A stretch of DNA of 64,000 nucleotides from NCBI RefSeq assembly GCF_009914755.1, contig NC_060940.1. The stretch is one strand, 5' to 3'. The notes under the pieces were generated by a model. That model was given only the letters and a program-made list of their open reading frames with translations. It was not told the origin of the DNA and did not search any database. The position numbers and the translations under genes are program-made. Shown here piece after piece: positions 52,715-64,000 of the stretch; the stretch's first letter is position 1, and the number at the start of each line of letters is the position of its first letter. The stretch comes from the human T2T-CHM13v2.0 reference genome, Homo sapiens.

Positions 52715-53507
52715 AGAATGATCTTTAAATTGCAGCTGCTGTTATTCTTTTAAGCGGCTCATTAGCCCACATTTGGGAGGGAGGTGTGTAGAAACAATGC
52801 CGCAGGAAAAACTCAGATCAGTTAGTCAGTCTCCCCTTCCTCTGCTATCGCCTCATATGTCTTCCTTTTCCTCCCCCTTCCAGAGTCCCTATCAGGCCCC
52901 ATTCCAGATAATCCCTGCTGCTCTGCTAAGTGATAACTGAGCTATTAGCTGGTGTTTAAGATAAAGCCTTTCCTAAACCATTTGCATTTCAGTGGGGAAA
53001 TTCCTGAGAACCTAGTGGCTCCCTCATTCAAAGCATTTAGGGGGCATTGCTTTCTCCTCTAGGGAGACCGTGAAGATGTCTCTTTGGAAGAGTTACTCAT
53101 CCGTGCTGAGGTCTCACTAATTAACATCTTGCCTCAGGAGGGCCAGTGTGCCTGAACAATGCTTTCTACTGATCAGTTCTATAGTGGGTTACCACAGGCA
53201 CTGTATGATTGCCACAGTAGGGGGAACCATCGTCAAGGGCAGATCCTTATGGAATTGGAATATTGCAATATAGGGGTATTTGTGTATGTGTGTGTGTGTA
53301 ATAAATAATTTAGTCCCAGGTAGTGCCATTCAGTATATTAACACATATTATTTATTTCTGTTTTCACAGCAGTCCTAAAAGTTCCGTATTATTTCCCCAC
53401 TTTGCAGATGAAGAAATTGAGGCCCTTTAGTGGGTATTGGGGCTCTGCTGTTTTCCCTCATCCAACATTCTCCTTCCCCCTTCTTTTGTTATTAGCATAT
53501 AGCTCAC

Positions 53508-53923
53508 AGTATAGTTGGGATTTGTGTTCCTGCCCAAATCTCATATTGAAACGTAATCCCCGATGTTGGAGGTGGGACCTGGTGGGAGGTGATTGGAACA
53601 TGAGGGCAGGTGTCACATGATGGTTTAGCACCATCGCGTTGGTGCTGTCCTCACAATAGTGAGTTCTTGTGAGATTTAGTTGTTTAAGTGTGTAGTACCT
53701 CCCCCTTCTTCTCTTGCTCCTCCTTTCCCCATGTGACCTTCAAGATCCCTCTCTGCCCTCCGCCATGATTGGAAGTTTCCTGAGGCCTCTCCAGAAGTAG
53801 ATGCTGGTGTTATGCTTCCTGTACTACCTGGAGAACTGTGAGCCAATTAAACTTCTATTCTTATAAATTACACAGTCTCAGGTATTTTTTTTTAAATATA
53901 GCAATGTGAGGATGGACTAATAC
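53508..53923 (+). mobile_element. MSTA/B LTR
   Basis: gcccaaatctcatattgaa..gtaatcccc...ggactaataca. Confidence 0.85.
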
Positions 53924-54366
53924 AGCTGATGTGGGACCGATCCTCCCTGCTCTTGTGTCTGAGAACTGACTAATCTAAATAATCTACACCACTGGCCACT
54001 GGGATTGGTTCAGGAGTAGACATATGAGGCCACTGAGAGCCAGACTTGGGACTTTTGTAGGAGATGTAGGAATGTGCCTTTTCTGACTTAGTGGGGCTAA
54101 GAAAGCAGAATGAGCCTAGAGGAGACAGGGGCAGTCTTTGCCTACGTGAGAATAAAACCAACACCAAGGAAACAGAGGTGGAAAAAGAAAGCGTGGTTTC
54201 AGTTGTTACAACATGAACATCTGAATCCAGACGTGCCCAACGCTAGAATATTCCTGGGCTTTTCGGTTTGTTGATCCACACATCCTGTTTCATGCTTAAT
54301 CCAATCTTTGATCTGGGTATTCTGTCACTTGTAACTGAAAGAATCTTCATGAAGACAGACTCGGAG

Positions 54367-54730
54367 TGTTAAGGAATCAATGTTAGTGTCCCTGAAAAAC
54401 TCATACGTTGAAGCCCTAGCCCCCAGTGTGATGGTTTTTGGAGGTGGGGCTTTTCAGCAGTAATTAGGTTAAGATGATATCATGAGGGTAAGGCCCAAAC
54501 AATGAGATTAGTGTCCTTATAGGAAGAGGAAGAGACCAGAGCTTTCTCTCTACACCACGTGAGGACACAGTGATAAGGCAGCTGTCTGTAAGACAGGAAG
54601 AGAGCCCTCACTAGGCTCACTTTGGCACCTTGATCTCAGATTGTCAGCCTCCATAACTGAGAAATCAGTGTCTAATGTTTAAGCCATACAGTTTATGGTA
54701 TTTTGTTATGGCATCTTGAATTGACTAAGA
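54367..54730 (+). mobile_element. MLT1A-type LTR
   Basis: ctcatacgttgaagccctagcccccagtgtgatgg...gactaaga. Confidence 0.8.
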
Positions 54731-54906
54731 GAGGATAAGTGCCTCGTGTAATGTCACACAACTAATAAGCAGCAGAGCTGGGATTTGAACTCAGGTGTTG
54801 CTGACTTCCAAGTCCATGAAGTCTCCACGGAAATATGAGCTCTGGTGGCAAAAGAACGGATGGAGCAGATGCCAACATTAGTTTCAGCCTGGAGAAGAAA
54901 ACCTGG

Positions 54907-55260
54907 TGATATGGTTTGGCTGTGCCCCCACCCAAATCTCAACTTGAACTGTATCTCCCAGAATTCCTATGTGTTGTGGGAGGGACCCAGGGAAAGGTAA
55001 TTGAATCATGGGGACCCATCTTTCCCTTGCTATTCTCATGATAGGGAATAAGTCTCACAAGATCTGATGGTTTTATCAGGGGTTTCTGCTTTTGCATCTT
55101 CCCCATTTTCTCTTGCCACCATCATATAAGAAGTACCTTTCACCTCCTGCCATGATTCTGAGGCCTTCCCAGCCAGGTGCCACTGTAAGTCCAGTTAAAC
55201 CTTTTTTTCTTACCAGTCTTGGGTATGTCTTTATCAGCCGCATGAAAATGGACTAATACA
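54907..55260 (+). mobile_element. THE1A solo LTR
   Basis: tgatatggtttggctgtg...ctcaacttgaa.tgtatctcccagaatt...ggactaataca; perfect TSD cctgg at 54902-54906 and 55261-55265. Confidence 0.9.
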
Positions 55261-55575
55261 CCTGGGCTTGCAAGGGGTTTGGTAGTGGGCTCGGGGCAGC
55301 TAGGTTACCTGGAAAGGAAAGAGACGGCCTTTGAAATACAACCTAATTCACTTCACCACTTTACTTAGTTGAGTGTTGCTTGAACTTCTGTTGCTAAACT
55401 AACTAAAAATTGCTGTTTTTTAGTGCTTACCAGATGGGAAGCACTGTACTAATATCTTTGCAAACATCATCTCGTTCAGTCATCCAAATCACCCTAGGAA
55501 AGAGATACCATTATCTCTTTTTGAATGACTTTGCCAGAGTTACACAGACAGTCAGTGGCGGAGCTGGGATGAAAC

Positions 55576-55968
55576 TGTTTAGGACTGAGTCGTGTTCCCC
55601 CAAAATTCATATGTTAAAACCCTAACCCCCAATGTAACTGTATTTGAAGAGATTACCTTCATAGACTTAATCAACGTTAAATGATGCCATTATGGTGGGG
55701 CCCTAATCCAGTAGGACTGGTGACTTTCCAAGAAGAGGAGGAGACACCCGAGTTCTCTCTCTTTCCTTGCACACACAAAGAAAAGGTCATACACTCAGCA
55801 AGAAGGCAGACATCCGCAAGGGAGGAAGAGAGATCACATTAGAAACTTAATTTTCCAGCACCTTGATCTTGCACTTCTTGCCTCTAGAACTGTGAAAAAA
55901 TTAATTTCTGTTGTTTAAGCCACTCAAGTTGTGGAATTTTATTATGGCATTCCAAGTAGACTAACACA
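55576..55968 (+). mobile_element. MLT1A/B LTR inserted in a MIR
   Basis: gttcccccaaaattcatatgtt...gactaacaca; TSD gaaac/gaacc. Confidence 0.8.
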
Positions 55969-56996
55969 GAACCCAAGCCTACCTGGGTTCAAATCTCATC
56001 TTCTTAACCACCACATGGGATTGCTAACATCCACCTACCCATGCACAAAAATTTAACATATGAAAAGATCTTTACAGAGCGTGGCCTGGGGGTGGGGCTG
56101 CTTCTTCAAAAGGGCTAGAATTGGTCCTGGAGTCCTAAAGCTAGAAGGATAAGTGCAAAGTCATATCTACTTGGCAGAATGAATCCAAACCTTTCAGCAG
56201 GTGCAAACTAATGTTTTCAGCTCTGCCATCCTTTCTGTCGTATGGGCTAGAATATAAAACAGCTCAGCCTCATCAAGAGAGTACAATGAAACTCTTTGCT
56301 GGGAAAAGGATAGCTTTATTTCTGTTAAAGGGCCACATTGAGAGCCTCAGAAGCAACTCTCCTTGCAGGACAAAGGAAAAATATTAGAGTGATGAATTAG
56401 TTCCTTACAACCCAATGACAGACTGGTGGATAAATGCAGTGACAGACCCCAAATTTTATCTTTCTGCAAGTCTGCCCCAAATAAAAAGCCCTTATCCTTA
56501 TAGACACTCTCTGAAAATGGGATTAAAACATAGCAGAATGCCCCACTGTCTGGGTGACATTTGTTATTATTATTGCTGTTAAGTAAGAGCCAGGGTTTAG
56601 GTGTTAAAACCCAAGTGTGCGGTAATTACGGTACCACTGAGGCTCAGCACAATATGCTTCCTGTGTCTCTCTTGTTTTGATAGCTGGCTATATTGGCAAG
56701 AGGCATATACCACTGGGGCTCAATAAGGTTTAGGGCTGTCCTGTTCTGACTAACTCCCTTTGTGGCCCAAATAACACTATAAAAATCAACATGGGAAACC
56801 TTCCTTTTTTTTCTCCTAAGAAACGCCTGCACAAAAGCCTTATTTTTCTGCCTTGAAAGTGTTTTTAACTTAAACGCCAATTTAATTCTGGAAATTGTCT
56901 GTGGAGGGCCAAGTGCATTATTATACTCTCTGTTATGATGAGGATAGGAGGATGCAGGAGGTGCCATCAGTGGTTATGACATCTACATCTTTGAAT

Positions 56997-57175
56997 CAGG
57001 GGTTGTCAACACTGGTCATACATCGGAATCAACTTGGGAGCATTAGAAAAGTACTGATGCTTGGGTCCTAACCGAGATATTTTGATTTTCTTGGTCCTGG
57101 GGTGCAGGCTGACCAATGGGATTTTATTTAAAGTGTCCTGGGTTATTCTGATGTGCAGCCGTACTGGAGATCCAC
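56997..57175. mobile_element. MER5A
   Basis: caggggttgtcaacactgg...gaatcaacttgggagc...attctgatgtgcagcc. Confidence 0.7.
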
Positions 57176-57238
57176 TTCTTTAAACCAGTTTTAGAGTTCA
57201 GCATTTTCCCCATAAACAGCTTAAAGTATAGGAAGTAA

Positions 57239-57996
<758 letters not shown>

Positions 57997-60095
57997 GTGT
58001 CTGTGCTGTGTAGATAAATGTACTGTGTGACTTTTGACAAATTACTTGACCTCTTTATGTTTCCTCAATTTTCTCGCCTATACAATTTTGGTAAAAGAAA
58101 TGCCTAATTCATAAGTTTGTGGTGAGGGTTATTAAATGAAGTAATTAATGTGCCTGGCAGAGAATACACATTTGATAAATGTTGGCTATTATTATTACTG
58201 CTATTGTTACTATCACCTGTTAGATGATAAACCAGAAACTAGTAAACTAGAAACTAGTTTTATTTAAAAAAAGGAGGGGGCTATTTACTGATTCATGTAA
58301 ACAAATCTACGAAGGGGTAAGGGTAGATCTGGTCTCAGGACAACTGGGTCCATGGACTCAAAACCATCCATTGTTTCTTGCTGTTTCTCATTTTGCTTCC
58401 TTCTCTCATGTTAGCTTCAGGCTTGGGGACCAGCTTTTCTGCATAGGAAGAAGAGGCATTATATCAGACTGACCTGGCACACATTTTATGTCCAGAAAGG
58501 AAAAAGGGATTTTCTCACCAGGTTCTGCTGGGGAAAAAGACCTGAGGAAAGATTGTCCAGAATTGAGTCATATACTCATTAGTGATCTGTCCACTGTGGC
58601 TATGGAGGTGGGATCTTCTCCCAGAGGGAGGAAAAGTGAGGTGCCTAGAAGACAAAAATAACAACCGCTACAATGATGAAAAACCAGTTCTAATAAGAAT
58701 GACTATCCCTTCCACAAATATTTATTAAGCATCTAACAGGAGCCAGACATGGTTCTATATACTACTTTATAAGATGAGAAATGGACATTCCATTAAAAAA
58801 ATACCGAAGTATAGTTTCGTACAGTAAACTTCACCCATTTTTTGAGATATAATTCACATACAGTAAAATTCGACCTTTTAAAGACATGTAATATTTTATC
58901 CTTTTTGGTGCTATAGTAGAGGTAGTAAATTTTGGAATTGGGAAGTGTTAGGCCTTCAACTTTCTTTTTTTTTTTTTTTTTGTAAAATTTGACAAATAAT
59001 CATGTTTCACTACCACAATTAAGATATAGAATATTTCAATTATCCCTTAAATTGTCTTGTGTGTCTTTGAAGTCCACCCCTTTGTCTTCTCCCTGCCTAT
59101 GGCAACCATTGATCTGTTTTTTTGCCACTCTAGTTTGCCTTTTGCAGAATGTCATTTAAAAGGAATCATACAGCATGTGGCCTCCTTTCACTTAGCATTT
59201 GAGATTCATACAAATCGTTGTGTATATGGATAGCTTCTTCCTTTTTATTACTGAGTAGTAGTCCATGGTATAGGTATGCTGCTGTTTGTTTATCCATTCA
59301 CCAGCTAAAGGATATTTAGGTTGTTTCCAAGTTTGGAGTGATTGTGAAAAAGCTGCCAGAAGACTTGCATACAAAATTTTGTGTAAACATACATTTTAAT
59401 GTCATTTGGTAAATGTCTGGGAGTGAGGATGCTGAATCATATGGTAAGTGTATGCTAGGCTCTATAAGAAATTGCCAAAATGTTAAAGTGGCTGTGACAT
59501 TTTGCATTCCCATTCACATGCATGAGAGTTATGGTTACTTTACCTTCTTAACAACATACGATATTGTCAGTTTTTAAGGAGGGCATTCTGATAGGTGAGT
59601 AGTGGTGTTTCATTCTGGTTTTATTAATAACTAATGGTGCTGAGCTTCTTTTTGGGTGCTAATTTGCAATTCATCTGCTTTCTTCGGTAATGTGTGTGTT
59701 CAAATTGTGTGTCCATTTTTTGAGTTGCTTGTTTCTTATTATTGAAATTTAAGTGTCCTTTGTATATTCTGTATATAAGTCCAGATATCAGGTATGTATT
59801 TTGAATACATTTTTTCCCAGTCTGTGGCTTGCCTTTTCATTCTGTTAACAATGTCTTTTGAAGAGCAGAAATTTTACATTTTGGCCTAGTCAAATTGATC
59901 AATTTTTAAAAATTCATGAATTATGTGTCGTATCTAAAACACCTTTGCTTAATCCAAGATTAGAGAGATTTTCTCCACTTTTTTCTAGAAATGTTATAAT
60001 TTTAGGTCTATATTTGGGTCTATGATCCCTTTTGATGTAATTATTGCAGATTATGTGATGTATAGGTTGAAGCTCATTATTTTGCTTATGGATGC

Positions 60096-60800
60096 TGCTG
60101 TGATTTGAATGTGTCCCCCAGAGTTCATGTGTTGAAAGCTAAATCCCTAATGCAACAGTGTTGAGAGATGGGAACTTAAAAGATCATTAAGAGGCTAGGT
60201 GTAGTGGCTCACACCTGTAATCCCAGTGCTTTGAGAAGCCCAGGTGGTGAATAGCTTGAGGCTGGAAGTTCAAGATCCCATCTCGACAAAGCAAAGCAAA
60301 ACAAAACAAAACAAAAATTGCCAGGCAGGGTGGTATACTCCTGCAGTCTTAGCTATTCAGGAAGCTGAAGTAAGAGGATCTCTTGAGCCCAGGAATTTTA
60401 GGCTGCAGGGAGCTGCAATTGCATCACCACACTCCAAACTGGGTGACAGAGTGAGACCCTGTCTCTAAAGAAAAAAAAAAAAACAAAAAACGTGATCAGG
60501 TCATGTGGGCTCTGCTCTCATGAATGGACTAATGCTGTCATTGTGAGAGTGGGTTTGTTATTGTGGGAGTGGGTTCCTGATAAAAGGGTGGGTTTAGCCC
60601 CCTTTCCTCCCCTTTTTGTGCCTGCTCTTTTGTCCTTCTGCCTTCGGCCACAGGATGATGCAGCAGGAAGGCACTGCCAGATGTAGGCCCCTTCATCTTA
60701 GACTTCCCAGCTTCCAGAACTGTGAGAAATAAGCCTTGTTTTTAAATAAACTACTCAGTCTCAGGTATTCTGTTACAGCAGCATAAAACAGACTATGAAA
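60096..60800 (+). mobile_element. MSTC/D LTR containing an AluJ (about 60193-60490, +)
   Basis: tgctgtgatttgaatgtgtcccc...tctcaggtattctgttacagcagca. Confidence 0.8.
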
Positions 60801-61931
60801 GATGTTCAATAATTATTTCAGTATAATTGAATTGCTTTTGCACCTTTGTGAAAAATAAGCTGACCATATTTGTGTGGGTCTATTTCTGAACTCTATTCTG
60901 TTCCATTGATCTATGGGTTTTTTTCTTCATCTATACTATGTAGTCCTAATTACGGTAGCTTTATAGCCAATCCTGAAATCATGTAGTATGAGTTCTTCAA
61001 CGTTGTTCATCTTTTTCAGAATTATTTTTGAATTCTATTTCTGTTGCCTTTCTATTTAAAATTTAGAATCAGATTGTTGGTTTCTACAAAAAAAAACTTA
61101 CTGAGGGTTTGATGGAATTGCATTGAATTAGGGAGAATTGGCAACTTAACAATATTGAATATTTCAGTCCATGAACACATAATAGGTTTCTATTTAGGTC
61201 ATCTTTAATTTCTTTTATCAGTCTTTGTAGTTTTCACCACACAGATCTTGCACATATTTTTTTCTAAACGTTTCATGTCTTTTGATGCTATGGTAAATGT
61301 AAATTCAAAATTAGAAATATAGGTCCTCCAGCTTTCTTTTTTTCAAAGCCGTTTTGTCTGTTTCTGGATTCTTTGCTTTTTTACATACATTTTAGTATTA
61401 GCTTTCTGGAAAAAGCCTGCTGAGATTTTTATAGGAGTGGTCTTGAATCTATAGATCAACTTGAGAAGAATTGCTAAAAATAATATTGAGTCTTTCAATC
61501 CATGAACATGGGATATCTATCAATTTATTTAGGTCCTTTTACATTTTTGTCAGTAATTTTTGTAGTTTTCAGTGTACAAGTCTTGCACTTCTTTTGTTAA
61601 ATTTATTCCTATTTTATTCCTTTTGATGCTGTTGTGAACAGAATTGTCTTCTTAATTTCATTTTCAGATTGTTCATTACTGATATATAGAATACAATTGA
61701 TTTTTGTGTATTGATTTTCTATTTCTTCTTGAGTGTGCTTTGGAAGCTTATGTTTTTCAAGTGATTTGTCTAAGTGGTTGAATTTATTGGCATAAAGTCG
61801 TTCATAATATTCTCTTGTTCTATCTTAATGTCTGCATTATCTATAGTGGTGTCATCTCTTAAATTCTTGCTTTTGATAATCTGTTTCCTCTCATTAATCA
61901 GTCTGGCTAACGGCTTATTAAAATTATTGAT

Positions 61932-62448
61932 TTTTTAAATTATACTTTAAGTTCTGGGATACAAGTGCAGAATGTGCAGGTTTGTTACAAAGGTATACAC
62001 ATGCCATGGTGGTTTGCTGCACCCATCAACCCATCATCTACATTAGGTATTTCTCCTAATGCTATCCCTCCCCCAGCCCCCCAACCCCTGACAGGCCCCA
62101 TTGTGTGATGTTCCCCTCCCTGTGTCCATGTGTTCCCCTTGTTCAACTCCCACTTACAAGTGAGAACATGCAGTGTTTGGTTTTCTGTTCCTGTGTTAGT
62201 TTACTGACAATGATGGTTTCCATTACTGGGTATATACCCAAAGGATTATAAATCATTCTGTAAAGACACATGCACACATATGTTTATTGCAGCACAATTC
62301 ACAATAGCAAAGACTTGGAACCAACCCAAATGCCCATCAATGATAAACTAGATAAAGAAAATGTGGCACATATACACCATGGAATACTATGTAGCTGTAA
62401 AAAAGGATGAGTTCATGTCCTTTGCAGGGACATGGATGAAGCTGGAAA
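61932..62448 (-). mobile_element. L1PA7-like insertion with 5' inversion (minus part to 62222, plus part 62220-62448)
   Basis: Orientation flips at 62220; TSD attgat(t/c)tttt at 61926 and 62449. Confidence 0.92.
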
Positions 62449-63784
62449 ATTGATCTTTTAATGCACCATTTTTTTTCTCAAGTGTTTTTCTCTTTTCAAC
62501 TTTATTGTTCTACTCTTATCTTTATTATTTACTTTCTTTCGCCTGACTTGGATTTTATTTCTTTTACTTTTTTTTTCTAGTTTTTTAAGGTGGAGGCTTA
62601 GGCTACGATTTGAGACCTTTCTTATTTTCAGACATAAGTATTTAATGATACAGAATTCCCTGTAAACATTGTTTATCTGTGTTCCACAAACCTTGATATG
62701 TCAAAATTTCTTTTTTATTAAATTCAAAATATTTCCTAATTTTCATTGTACCTCCCTATTTAATCCACGGGTTGTTTAGAACTATGTTACTTAATTTGCA
62801 AGTATTTTGATATTTTCTAGATATGTTTATATTATTGGTTTGTAATTTAATCTCACATGGTTGCAGAATATACTTTGTATTATTTCAGTATTTTAAATTT
62901 GTTAAAGTTGTTTTATGGCCCAGAATATCTTGCTGAATGGTTCATGTGAACTTGAATAGAATGTGTATTCTGTTGTTGTTGAGTGGAACATTCTGTAAAT
63001 GTCAATTAGATAAAGTTGGTTCATAGTGTTGTATATCCTTGCTGATTTTCTATTTCTTCTGTCAATTACTAAGAGACAAACTGTGAAGTCTCCAAGTGCA
63101 AATGTCTATTTTTTTAGTTCCATAACTTTTTTGCCTCATGTGTCTTGAAGCTCTTGTATTAAGTACATATGTATTTTCAATGGTTATGTCTTTTTGGTGA
63201 ATTGATTCCTTTATCATTATATAAAGTCCCTTTGGTAATATTTCTTGTTCTGATGTCTACTTTGATACTAATATAACCACTCCAGATTTCATTTTGTTGT
63301 GTTTTAAAACTATTATTTTAAATAAATACATGGTTTTGGATAGCATTTCCATGGTATTTGTAGTTTCATTCTTTTACTTTTAATGTATTTATATCTTTAT
63401 ATTTAAAGTAGGTTCCGTGTAGGCAGCCTATAGTTGGGTCTTGCTTTTTAAAATTCAATCTGTCAATCTCTGTCTTTTAATGTGTATTTAGACCATTTAC
63501 ATTTATTATCATTATTAATGTTGGGTTAAAATACAACATCTTATTAGTTGGGAATTATTATTGATGTGCTTTCTTTTTGTTACATCTGAATCTTCTGTGA
63601 TTCTCCAAATGGTCTCTGCTGAGCTGTGGCAAACAGAGGGGAAGAGGTTATTCCATTCTGAAGAGTGCCAGTGCCAGTGGGGTCTCTAGTAGAGGTCAGC
63701 TATGCCCAGCCTATGGCACTGCCACCTAGATCTCAAGCAGCAGAAACAGCAATGTGGCAGACTGACAAAATGGCCAGTTATTCA

Positions 63785-63970
63785 ACAAATCCCTTGATGA
63801 GTACTGTCTCATTAACATGGTAGATACAATCATTATACCACCAGTGTACAGATGAGAAAATTGAAGCTCAGAGAGACTAAGTGATCTGACCAAGATTATG
63901 CAGTGGCAGAGCTAAGATTTGAGCCCAGGTCCATCTGAATTTGAAGTTTAACATCTTATTCACTATGTGG
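63785..63970 (-). mobile_element. MIR
   Basis: tacagatgagaaaattgaagctcagagag...ggcagagctaagatttgagcccagg. Confidence 0.75.
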
Positions 63971-64000
63971 ACAGGCTATAGATACATAATTTGAAGGCAT

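Larger units (their letters stand above)
58800..63560 (-). mobile_element. Long ancient L1M (MB/MC-like) cluster with younger insertions
   Basis: Continuous T-rich L1M ORF2/3'UTR-like sequence; ORF2 C-terminal-like peptides at 59192-59513. Confidence 0.75.

Overview
Primate (human-like) non-coding genomic DNA dominated by interspersed repeats: about 26 Alu/FLAM copies, about 15 L1 pieces, about 24 MaLR LTR pieces (THE1/MST/MLT1), MIR/L2, and the DNA transposons MER5, MER20, MER30, MER58 and Tigger1. I found no credible host exon, RNA gene or CpG island, and I cannot identify the locus. The only genuine protein-derived ORFs are LINE-1. One is a full-length L1PA3-like element (about 17243-23403, minus) with broken ORF1 and endonuclease but an open RT/C-terminal frame, a retained 129-bp ZNF93-target segment and an extended antisense ORF0. 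The other is a decayed L1PA7-like element (about 41230-46898). The most unusual signals are structural: a ~380-bp-arm inverted duplication at 13.7-15.0 kb; an old MLT1 segment copied into a younger Alu from 2.3 kb away; a ~360-bp mini-L1 made only of its two termini; a twin-primed inverted L1; a triplicated L1 junction; and AT-rich arrays carrying inverted copies of their own flanks. These look like fossils of templated repair and retrotransposition, not a new gene system. Subfamily calls, boundaries, counts and identities are by eye from remembered consensus sequences and need RepeatMasker/Dfam confirmation.
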